DNA of 64,000 bases. Source: Paraspadella gotoi (lineage: Eukaryota; Animalia; Chaetognatha). Within the stretch, counting starts at the first letter, position 1. Every line of letters begins with the position of its first letter. The stretch is taken from contig CM119264.1 of NCBI GenBank assembly GCA_051294375.1, positions 9,871,275-9,935,274 of the forward strand, in the 5' to 3' direction. The position numbers and the translations under genes were made by a program. The notes beneath the pieces are model-generated. The model was not told where the DNA came from and did not search any database. It saw only the letters and a program-made list of their open reading frames with translations. Below, piece by piece: positions 37,400-53,487 of this stretch.

Positions 37400-38563
37400 C
37401 TCGTAACGTCGTGCCAAGACTCAGGCTTCATTGTACTAGTGTCACCTGTTAGCGCATCAGTATTCGTGTTTACTGCGCTTTTTTTCCCCTCTGACTTTCG
37501 CCTCACGACTTCGCGCATCTCGACAAGGTTTGACGCACCTCGACTAATCGTGATGCACCGTGAATCCTGATGAATCTTGATTCATCTTGACGCGTTTCTC
37601 CCCCCCCCCCAAGTCCTGAGACGGGGCGTGACGTATTTTGTCACCACGCGACAAGCTTGGATGGATCTTGACTCATGGGGATATATTTAAGGAGGACGAG
37701 ATTTCTTTTTATAACATCGATGAAATCAATAGTAATTCCTGAAAATCAGATAGCGATCAAAACAATTTTCAATTAAACATTTTGAGGTTTTTTTCAATTT
37801 TTTAATTAATTAGACAAAGCTTTGTACCTCGTATAATTATTTTTTCTTATTTCTTTATTTACTTTTTTGTTTCCCTTTTTCCTTATTTCTTTCTTTTCTT
37901 CCTTTCCTTCCTTCTCTCCATCCTCCAAATTCAGCGACGACTCATCCCTTGGCTCCAAGGGTCAGCAACCGCGCTCGTCCTTTCGACCGATTCTTGAAAG
38001 CGAGAACAAATGAGCGAAGCACCGCGACATTTGCTTAAAAGTTCACCAGTTTCTTTATCGCTTTATCTACTCTAAAGTCGGTTTATGCAAGGATATGCGT
38101 TGTGGACTACATTGAGTTGGTTTAGGGGTAAACAATGGGTCTTTCTGTCCGTTACAAATGGAGTCGGACAGAAAGATAGAAAAAAAAAGAACCGTACGTA
38201 AAAGAACTAAAAAATGCAGGGCTAAGAATGGAAAAAAGGGAAAATAAAAAGGAAAAGGTGGCCCCAAGAAGAAAAAAAAAACTACAAAGAAACGTTTGGC
38301 GAAAAACGAAATTTCCAACGGCGGCTGTCGGAGGGGGAGGAGACGAACGAGTCTTAGTGGAAAGGGGTGCAATGAAAAGTGTTAAGCGAGGAACTTGGGG
38401 TGGGCGGAGTGGTGGGGGGTTATTGGGGGCGTGGGGCTCTCTAGTCGCGTAAAGGACGAGGCGACAACTCTTGCCGACGTGAGACGAGAGTCGAAGAGAG
38501 AACGAGATGGCGAAACGAGAACAAAGGGCACCCGAGACGACGAAAACGCCTTCCACGCTCTCG

Positions 38564-38618
<55 letters not shown>

Positions 38619-40580
38619 CGCAGAACCGAAATTACGAGCCTTTAACTCGATGGCTCGGGCTTGTCCCACAAATTGCCCGTAATGTCGGCGCGGATCGGGT
38701 CGAAGGGGAGAAAGGAGAAAAAAGGAGAAAGGGAGGAAGAATAATGGAGGGGAAGGTAAAGAGAGAAATAACAAGAATTACTAGAAATTAAAGTGGAAGG
38801 GAAGATGGGGAATTGGAAATGAATAAAAAAAAAAGAAAGGAAATTAAGATGAAATCAAGAATAAAAGCGGGAAAACAATTAAAAACAAACAAGACGTGTG
38901 ACGATAAACAGAGATTATGATTACGTGAAAATCAAGATTCGATCTGCCTAAATCGATTCTAAGATTTTGTGTAAATTAAAAACAAAGGTAAATAAACTCG
39001 ATCTTCGCTCGTTACCCCCGACACATTCGTTGCCAAGGCGACTCTCTTTGCTGACTCAATCGCTATACTTACTGTCGCTCTTTCCCCCTCCTCATTACGA
39101 GTCTAAAATACCGGACAATTGTCGCCATGACGCGTTTCTGTCGCGAAATATCTAACGCCCAATGTAATCAATGATTCCGAAACCCATCTCACGCCACACA
39201 CACGTCAAATCTCACGCCACACGCAATCAGTGTTCCCGCGTCACATCTCAAGCCACACGCAATCAAGCCTCCCGCGCTATTTCTCCCGCCACGTTTCGCC
39301 ACGAAAAGCGAAGGAGGAAATCGAAGTCTCGTCTTCTCTGACAGATTATCTTTGATATCGATATAAATAACTCAAAGCTTCCTTCGCTTCGGTTCGGAGA
39401 GGCTTTTGACGCTTCTAAAGAGCCGAAGATATTTACCGCTTCCTCCTCCTCCTCCTCTTCATCCAAGTACTTCCTTTTTATCTTCGTCCTACTCCAGTTC
39501 ATCCACGTCGTCATCTTCTTCGTCCTTTACTTTTACAGCGATTGGGACAGTAATTTGAGAAATTATTAAAGATGTATAAACATTAATGAATTACATAAAC
39601 TAATGGGACAAGTATTTTGATGCGGCAAAATCGTTTTCTCTGTAAAAATTAGTAAATAATTCTAGTTAAAAAAGGCTCATTGGAGGCCTTAAGAATTTTT
39701 TTTTATGAAAACTAAAGGGTTTAGAACAAATTTATTGTATCTAAACGTAATGAATAAGAACTTTTTGAATTCCGCCTATGAATATCATCTTTTGAATTAT
39801 TCGATGAGGAGAGAAAATATCGTTAATGGATGAAAATGTTTAGAATTCGAAGAAAGCATTTTCGAAGAACATTTATAATAAATGATGTCGTTCACTAAAA
39901 TATATTTTACTAAGAATTTTCTTCACTTGCACTTTGCGTTCCTTTTTAGTTATATGCTGTTCTCGATGCCAAAGCCAAAGTATATAAATATAAAGCGATA
40001 TAAATAAACCAAGACACTACCGGCACCAAGACATAGACAAAGATAAAAAGCTAACCACGAAATCCAAGTTGACGAAGAATTTATATTTCTTTTATTGCAC
40101 AACGTTGAACGAACTATACACTTTATTTCTGGCATTGTGATTAACGTCGCCTGGATTTTCTCTTAGTAATCGTTTGATACTTTACATTCACCTACAAAAG
40201 GCGAAACGCCAGATGCGCGAGACGATACTTTATACTAAAAAAATATATTTTTTACGCGTTTTCTCGCTGCTAATGGTGAGTTTTCCATTTGCGAGAAAAA
40301 AGAATTTCTTTCCATTTTTATTTTCGTTTTCTCTTCCATTTGTCCCTCGCCATGTACAGATACTTTTTTATTTTTTTTCACTCCTTTTTCTTATTTCTGC
40401 GTTTCTCCTTTTCTCCTTTTCTCCCTCGTCACTTCCTTACCTTACTTCCTTTCCTTCCCTTCTTTCATTCCTTCCTTTCTCTCTTTTCTCCTTCTATCCT
40501 TTCCTCCGCTTCCTCCCACCGAGGGCAGAGAAACCGACCGTGATTTACCGCGAGTTCGAGCGCGATTATTCCTCCAAATC

Positions 40581-40672
40581 CCGTATGTAATATGCAAAAC
40601 GTTATCTTCCTCGCGAACCCCGTATGTAATATTCAGAGCGTTATCTCCCCCGCGACCCGCGTGTAATATGGA
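40581..40672 (+). repeat. ~38-40 bp diverged triple repeat containing TGTAATAT motifs
   Basis: CCGTATGTAATATGCAAAACGTTATC / CCGTATGTAATATTCAGAGCGTTATC / CGCGTGTAATATGGAAA. Confidence 0.75.
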
Positions 40673-40940
40673 AATCAGTGTCGTTTATAATGTGTGTATA
40701 CTCGCCCCACGGCGTTGGTTTGGGGCCGCGCCAATTTTCGCGTGATTAAAAGCTCTCGGATTTAAAGCCTCGTCAATAAGCCTCTCTGATTTTTGGGCCG
40801 TAACCTATTCAAGGCTACGCCAATATTTATTCGTTGAAATTTTCGTTTAACGAAAACAAACAAAACAAAAAGCGAACGGCAACAACCCCGAGAGAGGAAT
40901 AAATTTCTGGTTCGGCGATGGTGTTTGCTCTCTCTCTCTC

Positions 40941-41009
<69 letters not shown>

Positions 41010-42371
41010 TCTCTCTCTCTCTCACTCTCTCTCTCTCTCGTCGTCTGACAGATTTTACTATCGCCTTTATTTGTACGAGAGGTTTCCCCCGAGCGCTTGT
41101 CGATTCCAGTGCCACAACTCGAAACCGAAGCAAAAGTGAAACACGACGAACCACGTGAACCTCGATCCCTGTCACGTGATCACCGGGCCGTGATCCCCCA
41201 ACCGTTTGGACCGACCCAAACTCAATCTCTTATTCGGGATATTCAATGCTCGACGTCGATCCGCCATCTTTGATTCTTAATCTCTCATCGTTGGGTCATC
41301 AATCCACGACAGATTGTTAAGTCCGAGAGCGAAAAGAAAAGAGTTTAGCGAAGCAAGGAAAATTGCCTCATCCGTTCATTTCTTTTTCAAAGTCCTTGTC
41401 GCCATTTTTAAAATATTTTTTCCTACAATTATGTATTCAAGTTTGGCGTGACCATTTAATTTTTTTCTGGCTACGATCTTTCAGCCATAACATATTGTAA
41501 ATTTCTCTCGCGTCTCGACTAAAAAACAACATCGCAGAACTCAAGAAAAAAAAAGATAATTTGATTAGCACTTTTAAAAATCTTAGCCAGTAAAATAATT
41601 TTTTTTTTTTTTTTTGGAAAAAGAAAGTCGCCATGAAAAAAAAAAATCTTTAACCCGTGATGAATGGAACAGTGGGAAAACAACATAATAGTAGGCGTCG
41701 GAAAAGAAAGAGAAAAAAAATGAAGAAAATGGGAGAATATTTTTCACGCCATCTCGAGTTGAACCGGGAGCAAACGTTCTTCTAACGACGATTTGATGTG
41801 AGAAGATCAAGGAACCATCCGAGTGAAGAAAAAGGCGGAGACGAGAATCACAACTGCGTTCACGGGATCGGAGGGGGGGGGATGGAGGTGGGGTAGAATG
41901 TTCGGGGAATGGTGGAGGTACTTTAAATAATATCCGTGGTTGGAGGCGAACCAGGTGGCGTGGGATTGAAATTGGAAAAATAGTTGGAAAACAGGACATT
42001 GAAAAGTTGCACATTCTTAAATTTTGCAGAAACCGTTGCTGTTGGAAGGGGTGAATCTGGTTAGAGAGCAAATGGCGTCGTCCCGGCTTTAAGTATGTAA
42101 AAGAATGACGATATAAGAAAAACGAAACAGAACTGATAATCTTAAACGAACGAACGAAAGAACGAAACACGTTATTTTCTCCTCTGGCGAACAAGGCTTT
42201 GTTTCTAAATCTCTCGTCGGCCTTCGTGTTGGCGGCCGGCCAGTCGGCCCGTCGGCCCCATCGGCCGGCCAGTCTCTTCTCGTTTCGCCCGCCAAGCGTT
42301 CCCCTCTATTCATTGTCTCGCGTAGACGTCCTTGGATCGAGGACGCGGGACGTCTTATAGGTGAGTTGGAC

Positions 42372-42772
42372 GAATGGTTGGAAGGCAGATTGGATTTGAA
42401 ATGAGATCGATTGTTGGATGGCTCATTGGATTTGAAATGAGATCGATTGTTGGATGGCTGATTGGAATTAAAATGAGATCGATTGTTGGATGGCTGATTG
42501 GATTTAAAATGAGATTGATTGTTGGATGACTGATTGGATTTAAAATGAGATTGTTGGTTGGATGACTGATTGGATTTAAAATGAGATCGATTGTTGGATG
42601 GCTGATTTGATTTAAAAAGAGATCGATTGTTGGATGGCTGATTGAATTTGAAATGAGATCGATTGTTGGATGGCTGATTGGATTTGAAATGAGATCGATT
42701 GTTGGATGGCTGATTGGATTTAAAATGAAATCGATTGTTGGATGGCTGATTGAATTTGAAATGAGATCGATT
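42372..42772 (+). repeat. 36-bp minisatellite, ~11 copies
   Basis: Unit GATTGGATTT(G/A)AAATGAGATCGATTGTTGGATGGCT, in phase from 42388 to 42772, with no spacers. Confidence 0.95.
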
Positions 42773-43970
42773 TGAATTTCGCAGATTTATTTTGTTGATC
42801 GATTTCGAAATTGTCATCGCTATGGAAATTTAAGCCGATAAATTTAGTACATAATGTAACATAAACAGACTACATCAAATTAAGAAAACTCAACCAGGCG
42901 TTCCGTCAGCGTGAAGAAACGTGAGATCAATAGAGACGAACTAAAATCGTCTGGGAAAATGGGAAACCACGAATGAGCCTTGAAAGAGTGGAATTTGTTT
43001 CGAGTGAGAAAATCCTCAAACCGAGAGAAACACATCGTTTCGTATTGAGAATCCGACCAGAACTGGTTCATAACAATTTAGAATAAATCGAAAACAATAT
43101 TGTTTCGTACGTGCGTTTAAATAGCGTCTTGAACCGACGACGTGAAACTTATCAGCCGATTGGGAAAAGAAAATCGAGGACAGAAAATTCGAGACTAAAC
43201 TGAAGAAAAGCAAACATAAAGAGGATTCGAAGTGGCGCCCGTCGAAGGTTATTATCCGGAATAAACTCCTTCAACGATCAACGCTCTTTTTCCTCTGTCT
43301 TCTCTTCCTTTCTCATCTCTCTCTTTCTCTTTCCTTTTTCCTCCACCTTTTCTCGTCTTCCTCGGTTGGGTTTTCTTCTTTAGAATTTAAATTTAAATTC
43401 TTATTTATATAATAACAATATTAACGCAAAATTAAATATGTAATAAATAAGTAATTAATAAATTTAATAATAAATTTATATTTTGATAGAAAATCCATAA
43501 ATTTTATGGGAGTTTAAAAGAATATCTTAAAAATTCGGTAGGAAGATAAGAATAATATCTAACTATTTTTGATCATTTTAAAGCAAAAATAGCGACATGA
43601 CTGTATCATTTGTTAGCTTTAGTCAATATTATTCCGGATAACTTTTTAAGGTTTTAATGTTTCCCGCAGCTTCATCAGTCGTCAGTAATGTGCTTTTTAA
43701 ATTCTGGTATAATATACTCAAACTTCAAATTTCTAATAACATTCCGTATCATAAAATATCTTAAATCCCAGAAAACTTAAACAAAAATCAAAAAAACAAA
43801 AACTATACAATATCGACTTCATGAGCCCCAATATTTTTTATCTTCATCTTCCTCTCATTGAGATGCGAAAAATGATGGTTGCGTTGAGAGCGCGCGTTTT
43901 AGAGCTAAAAATTTGGAGATTAAAAATCCAAAGAATTTGAAAAGAGAGGGAGAGAGTATGAGCAGGGCTA

Positions 43971-44012
<42 letters not shown>

Positions 44013-44839
44013 GAGGTTGGGCTAAGAATCGACAGACCGGAAGTTTAGCGAGGCGCAGTTGCGATGACGCTTACGCTCAGCGCGGATTTCCATAAATTAA
44101 TAAGGAGGAAAGACGAAGGAAGATAAGGGGATGGTGGGCGAGGGTTGACGAGGAGTTGTTTTCGAAAAAATGGTTGGAGGGTGACAGGGTGACAGGGTGG
44201 CAGGGTGACAGGCGGGTTGTGATTTGTGGGTGGGAAAGGAGACGCAGGGCTCCAGTAGGTATCGCATTGATTTACGAAAGAAAAAATCGTTTGAATGTTT
44301 GTGAATTCCGAAATCATTCGAAAATTCGTAATAGTGCCATAAAATGTTAATTCAATTATTTAACAGATAGTTAAGGAAACGTCTTCGTGACAAAACTATT
44401 TAGATTTTCGCACCTATCGTTTACATTTTTAAAAGCACAAACAAAGAAATTGAAAGGAAAACCGCGAAAGATAAGATTTTTGGAGAAAATATTGAAATAT
44501 GATGAGAAAAAGACGGGAGGAAAAAGAAAGGAAAAAAAAAGGAAGTAAGAAGAGAAGAGGAATAAATAGTGAGAAAAAAAATTGGGTTGAGTTGTTGAAG
44601 TGATGGCAAATATTTTTCATTCGCAAATCTCGTTCGTCGTTTTGGAAGTGGAGACTTGAAACCAGGCAGAGTGACAAGGAGTGTCGCGGAGTGAAGTGGA
44701 TTGACGTCTAGGGACGTGGATTGACGTGAAAGAACGTTGAGTGCCGTGCAGTGACGTAGAATGAATCTTGGGAGATTTGATTTCATGCATAGCGGTGAAG
44801 AAGAGATGATAGGAGGTGAAAAGAAAAATTAATAGAAAA

Positions 44840-44950
44840 GAAGAGAAGGGAAGGGAAGGGAAGGGAAGGGAAGGGAAGAGAAGAGAAGAGAAGAGAAGAG
44901 AAGAGAAGAGAAGAGAAGAGAAGAGAAGAGAAGAGAGGAGAAGGGAAGAG
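44840..44950 (+). repeat. Compound (AAGGG)n(AAGAG)n pentanucleotide microsatellite
   Basis: Direct reading. Confidence 0.95.
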
Positions 44951-45442
44951 ATGATATATGAAAAGAAATGAAAAGAAAGAGTTGAATTTTGAAAAAGTTG
45001 AAAGTTAAAAAAAAAAGGTGATAAGAAGAGTTGAGATTAAGAGAATAAGAGAAAAAGGGAATAAGAGAATTGTGGGAAAGAGGGAAGTTGAAAAAGAGAC
45101 CGAGACTAAGACGCGATGGAAGGTAAATACATCTAAGAAGAAGAGAAAAAAAATTTGAAGAAACTGAATCGAAATGGAATCGAAAAAACTTTTTATATAT
45201 CGAAAAAAATAATAAGCTCGGAATTGTGGGACGCTTTTGGCCTCAATCCATTGTCATTTTATTATTTATCTCGATGATTGTAATACTGGGAATGCTGGAA
45301 ATACTGTTAATACTGGTCTTTTTCGTTTTCCCTAACGATTTATAACCTCGATGCGTTTGCGTCACAAACGAAAAAAAAAAAACTGTTTTCGAAGTTTTAA
45401 CTGGGAAACAGGAGCGAAGCCGCGGGAGAGAGAGAGAGTGAG

Positions 45443-45513
<71 letters not shown>

Positions 45514-45519
45514 GACAAA

Positions 45520-45605
<86 letters not shown>

Positions 45606-46793
45606 GGGGAGCAAAAACACTCCATTCGAACTTTCTGGCCTCGACAAAAAATTAGCGCCGTTTTCGCCCCAAAGGCAAAGCGCCCTTCTTTAGAGAAAAA
45701 AATTAAAAAGTCTCCTAAAAAATCTTTCGCCTAACAAAATATTCTCCGAGAAAAAAAAAAAGCAACAGACTAGAAAAATATTTTTCTTCCTGCAAAAATA
45801 ACATATTAATTTTTTGTACTTTTTGTACTTTTTTGTATTTTTTTTTTTTTGAAGAAATAATGAGGTCACGCGATTTCTCACTAGTCGTCGGCTAATCCAT
45901 AACTGCTCCAGATTTCACGGAAAAGTATATAAATATTAATAATTAATATTAATATTATAAATTTATAACCACAGTATTCGGTGTTAACTCCTTTCGCTCG
46001 GTAATCTCCGGAATTGCGGAAAAGTTAGATATACTTTCAGCCAAAAAATTTTAAGATCGTTAAGTGAAATAGTTAGATTGTTATATTCTAAAAAGTCAAC
46101 AGTATTTCATTTATGATTACGATCTTATCGTATAAGATCTCACAAAACTAGAAATATCAATCCCCCCGATGCCACGTTGCAAAAACAGAGTCGAAGAGAA
46201 ACCAACCCACTGCCACCCGAAATCTGTTTGTCGAGGAATTATGAGCTTCTTCCGTTCCCCCCCCCCTTCTCTTATTTTCTTTCTCTTCTTCTTCTACAAT
46301 TCATTCTCTCCATCTCGCTACTCTCCCTCTACTACTCTTTCTCTATATTTTTGTTTTTTCCCCCTTCCAGTCCCCATAACTTTGCATACTCCCCTCTTCC
46401 TCCCCGCCACCCTCTTTCCTTCCCGTCCCGGCGTGTCTCTATGTGAATCCCCTTGCCTTGCCAATGAATTTTGACAATGAGGTTAAGCGACGAAGAAATT
46501 ACCTCATCTCCGAGTTTTTTCATGGTGAGGTTTCTCTCGTTTCCGGGTCTCTCTCTCTCTCTCTCTCTCCTCTCCTGCTCGTCTCTCGTCGCTTCTCTTC
46601 TCTTCTCTCTCCTCCTCACTTTCTCACTATGCTTGCCCTGTGGCCCCCACGACACGCTCTTGTGATGGAAGCCGGAGGAAATAAGAGAAAAAGGAGAGAG
46701 TAAAACCGGGAATGAGACGAGCGTCGTTGAGATTGAAGACGACCTCCTAACTCATTCACCCATCCCCACCTCTCTCCTCTCTCTCTGCTCTCG

Positions 46794-46827
<34 letters not shown>

Positions 46828-48050
46828 TCTCTCACACAGTGTCTGGTTTGATTGGCGACGAGGTTCGCTGGACTAAACCAGCTAAAGAGGAATATGTTCT
46901 TTATCCCTCCCGGTCTCGCGTCAGCCTCCTCCTCGCGCTCATCCTCGTCCTCTTCTTCCTCCTCCTCCTCCTCCTCTTCCATCGCGTCTCGGCTTCATTC
47001 TTTTCTTTTTTCGAACTCATGAGCTTCGCCCGTTCTTCCATCCCCGCGAGCGCGGATTCTCCCGCGCTCTGCGTCCCTTGAAAAGAAAAGAGAAAGAAAC
47101 TGAACGAACAAAGAAACCTACGCAAATCTGTCGGAAAAAAAAATGTAAAAACTGAGAAAAATTTTACGAAAAGGAAAAAAGTAAAAATCATCAGGATATT
47201 GCGTGAACTTTTAAATTTTAGATACCACAAAGGGTCTTGTTTCAAAACAATTAACTTTAAAAAAAAAAGCGAATCAACAGCTCGTAATAGTGTTTTTTTC
47301 TGTTTTTGTTTTTGTTTCTTTTTTTTTTGGTTTTAAGTCTTTTTCCTCCGTTCAGACGTTAATATTTTCAAAAAATTCAATCATTCGTCTGACGAGAAAT
47401 CAACAAGGCGCCATTTTTTATCCTTTTCCGACGAATACAACTATTTGTTTGTGAAGAAAAAAAAACATTTCTTTCGGTCTTTCCGTGTGTTGCTCTGTTT
47501 TCATCCAGCAAATTCTTTTATAAAAATAAAACCAAAAAAATTTTTTCTCTTTTTTTATTAATTTTTTTTTACGCTTTGATGTTTTTTAATTTCTTTCTAC
47601 TTGGTATTTTTTTTCTTCTTTTGCAGATGTCAATCTAACCAAGTTTTTTTCCCCCGTCGGATTTGAGTCTGGAAATGTCGGCCTTTCTGGGCGTTTTTTT
47701 TTATTTCTGGCAAATTGCGATGATCCATTTCTGCCAGCGAGAAATATATTTCATCCATTCATCCTTCTCCCTCCTGTGTCCACGGAGCCAGTCCGGGTTC
47801 CAGAACCGATTATGCAATGAGCTTCCTTATTAGGCTGCGGATTATGATCCAATCTCGTCCGTAATGGACCATCTCGAGTTCATTAAACTTTAATGTGTAG
47901 TTTATCATTTACAATACTTTTTTTGTTTTGTTTTACCGTGTCTCGGCTCATAGGGCTTCTATTTTTAGATCAAAGCTGATCGCTTCCTCCTTTAAACTTC
48001 AATCTTGACGCCTCTTAAAAGATAAGTTCAGCTATGGAGCAAACTGCAAA

Positions 48051-48166
48051 GTCCCTAAGACCTTTTATTCCGTTGCTAAGGACCGTCTCGCAAGCCCTAA
48101 GGAGTTCTTCTTCAGTTGCTAAGGAATTTGTTTAGCCCCGAAGGAGTCGCGTGGTTGCGAAGGCCC
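48051..48166 (+). promoter_or_regulatory. Cluster of six related motifs resembling RFX X-boxes
   Basis: GTCCCTAAGACC (48051), GTTGCTAAGGACC (48072), GCCCTAAGGAG (48094), GTTGCTAAGGAAT (48115), GCCCCGAAGGAG (48135) and GTTGCGAAGGCC (48154), at ~20-22 bp spacing. Confidence 0.4.
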
Positions 48167-48249
48167 GGGAGGGCGTCCCTCCGTCGCGACTTTCTCGACT
48201 TTAACTGCGAATCGTAAAGTCCCGAAGTTGGCGCCGCCTGTATTCGCCA

Positions 48250-50010
<1,761 letters not shown>

Positions 50011-50294
50011 GATGCATTCCGTATATTTTCTTTTCTTTTTTGCCATTTTCCTCCCTAATAGCTCAAATCTATGTTTTTTCTCTAACTTTGTTGTCATATC
50101 ATCTTGATTTTGGCTTCTTACTTCTTTCCTTGTCTTACTTCTCTTTCCGCTTTTATCAAACATATCTCTTTGCTTTTCTTCTCTTATTTTCTCCTCTCTT
50201 CCTTTCTCCTTTCCACTTCGTCACCTAATCTTTTTCCATCTCACTCGAGTCTCGTTGTTTTACAACTAACGTTAATGACCTGAAAGTCTCTCTA

Positions 50295-50326
<32 letters not shown>

Positions 50327-50542
50327 CTCTCTCTCTCTCTCTCCTCTCTCTTCTCTCTCTCTCTCTCTCTCCCCCCGCCGCTTCTTAGGTGCGACCCTCT
50401 GTCGCGCCTATGAGGTCCATCGCTGTTTATTTTCACGACTCAGTAGGGGACTGAATTTATTTAGAAGGCACAGGCCAGGAGAAAGAGAAAAAAAATATTC
50501 TTTTATATTCCTCTCCCTTTCCCCTTTCTTCTTTCATTTTGC

Positions 50543-50581
<39 letters not shown>

Positions 50582-52974
50582 CTCTCCTCTTCTTCTCTCT
50601 CTCTCTCTTCTCTCTCTTCTCTCTCTCTGTTTGTTTATGTTTTGATTGAAATCGAGGGTCGAAGCTGCGTTTAAGGAGTCAGAAACGTCATCCTGTGATT
50701 TATGACGGGAACAATTTATATATATATATATATATATTTATATGAAGTGCAGAAAACACAATAAAACAGGGAAGGGAGGAGAGAGGTAAAGAGAGGGAGG
50801 GAAAGAAGAGAGAAAAGAGTGGAGATATAACGAGAGAAATGAAGGGATGATTGGATTGGCTACTGACGGGTTTGAACGACGAGGAGATGATCGCGTCTGA
50901 AGGTTGAGCGATGAAGCGCCGAAGGAGTGACTAATGTTTCAGTAATGGAGCGACGTCGGGGTAATTAACAGCTGAGCGATGAAAAAGCGTCGAATTTGTG
51001 AGTGATTAATTTGATGGAAGGAGTGAAGAAAATCTGGGGAAAAGGGAGAGTAGAGTTAAGAGAAAAGAAACATAAATCTAGCTATTTTGTTATTTTGTGT
51101 CGTTTTTTTTAATGGAACGACTGATTGAATTGAACAACGATTTGTACTAAGCTTTTAATCGAATGAGCTAAAGAAGAATGAACCTTCACTGATATTTATT
51201 TTTCGGCAAATCTCGGATCGCGTAGTTTAATGAAAAATCGACGAAATCTCGAATAGTGAGCGGCTCTGCCTTCCCCTCCGCCGCAGCGTCCACCTCCGCA
51301 TCCGCTTGGGCCTTTGCGGCTGAAGCGGGAAGGCCGCGCGTGGGCCGAAGTGGGACAGAGACTGTTTAGGCGGGTTCGGCTCGTGAATTTCGGGGAGGAG
51401 CTGAAGGAGTGCGGGAAAATAAATAGAGAAGTTTTTCTAAGATTCTTTTTAGCGGTCTGATATCCCCAAAACTGTCACATCCCGGATAATGTCTTCTGGG
51501 CGTTTCGAGAAAGTAACTTGCCATCGCGTTGTTGTAAATATCATGTTTTCCCGCAGTTTTCGTCGCAAAGCTTTCAGAGCGTGAGGTTCTTAGTTCGTCA
51601 GGGTTTCAGCGAGCGTTAATAAAGAAATAAAGGGCGGCCTTGCGTGAGACGCGTCGAAGCCCGTTGGCTGAACGCATCGTTGCGCATCGGCTGAATCGAG
51701 TCGAGTCGAACAATGATCCGGGCTCTAAAGTTACTGAACTCGCTGCGTAGCAATAACTCGGGCAAAAAACCTAGCTTGACACACAGGCAAAGGTTTTTTT
51801 CAGAACTGTATAACAATGATTTCTTACTTACTCTACCGATTTTCATGGCTGTTTGAATAGTTTTACAGCAAGTACGAAGATACTTTTCAATTGCCCATTC
51901 ATACAAAACAGAAAGTACAAGAAACTTAAAAGGGTCTTCAGTTCGTTACAGTCAGCCCTGAACGCCAGGCCCCGAGTTCGTCGAGGCAACATCATCAAGA
52001 CTAGAAGCCGCAATTCCCTAGATGAAAATCTCCCTCCTATTTTATAGCGAAAGCTTTCCTTTCTTTTCTCTACTCTTCATTCTTTCCTTTATCTTATTTC
52101 CATTCTCTTTTTTTTTCCCTCTTTTTTCTTTTTCGGTCTCATCCGCACTCGATAAATACAATACTCTACACTAGACAGAATAATACCATTGTCAATTTAC
52201 TAAAACTGTCTTTTTCAGCATTTTACATTTTTACTCTTATGAATTTAAATGCAAGTGTAAAATATTTTTTTCTTTTCTTAGCTTTTATTATTTTGCATGA
52301 TCCGATTCCATTTTTGGTTCTGATCCCATCTGCGATGATTCTCTTCCCCTTCCACATTTTTTACTTCTTCTAACTGATACACCAGGTTAAGCTGGACTCC
52401 TTTTTTCCTTTTTGTATCTTTCTTCTTCCCATCTCTTTCTTTCTCCCTTTCTTCTAATATCTCCTTTTAGTACTCTCCCCAATCTTTTTCTTTCTTTTCT
52501 TTCCTCTTTGCTCTTAGCCTTCTACCCTGTTTTTCTCTCTGAATTCTTCGAGACCTTCACGCCCATACTTTTTACTCTCTCGTTTCTCATTTATTCATTT
52601 ATGCAAATGAGATTTTAAGATTTTTCGCACCCGCCTTGGAAAGTTTTTTTTTCCTAAGTATTTTTGTTTAATACATTTTCGAACTGATTTCTGTTCTTTT
52701 TTTTTTTCTTTTTTTTTTTTTCTTTCTTTTCTCTTTTTTTTTTTTTGAAACAACTGTTTCGTCTCTGAGCAGAACCAGACACGGGCGACGGGGACGACGA
52801 CGACACGACGAACGACGATAGAGTGGGATTTAAATGGGTTTTAAACGCGATGTTGTTGTGCGCAAGGAATCCTTTCCATCCTACTTTTCCCTCCATTCGA
52901 CTCGAGTTGAAGGACGGAAAGAGAAAAAGAAGAGAGAGAGAGGAGACGAGGAGAGAGAGAGAGAGAGAGAAGAG

Positions 52975-53023
<49 letters not shown>

Positions 53024-53484
53024 AAGAGAGAGAGAGTGAAACAGGACTAAAATGTATAAGTCGAGGGTGACGACCCGGACGACGAGACGACGGCGCAGAT
53101 GAGACACGACGACGACGACAAACTGACAACCCTTGTCTCTTTCTTGTCAACAGCACCCAACGGGTTTCGGTTTCCGGTTTTTTTTTTTTTTCTTCGGAAT
53201 TTCTCTTCTCTCTCTCCCCACGGCTTCTCTCTCGCTCTCTATCTTCCTCTTCCTTCCCTTTAATAAATTCCTTCACGGCCTTTTAACTTAAATTTTCCCT
53301 ATATTCTATCACTCCCTTCGTCACCAGTTCCTATCGGTTAACTAATTTCTTTCCTCCCTTTCCCCTTTTCCTTCCTTTCTCCTCCCCGAATAACAATCGC
53401 GGCCTGCTTCCACTACACCCCCTACCCCCTCTCCCATTTCAGTCAGTCAACCGGCCTAAGTACGACTTCACTCTCAAATCATCT

Positions 53485-53487
<3 letters not shown>

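Noticed and set aside
42372-42772. CRISPR array (36-bp repeats)
   Set aside because: Units are head-to-tail with no unique spacers, there are no cas genes, and the context is eukaryotic.
51250-52050. GC-richer non-repetitive block as an exon or transposon fragment
   Set aside because: Only short ORFs with no identifiable domain; cannot be assigned without a database search.
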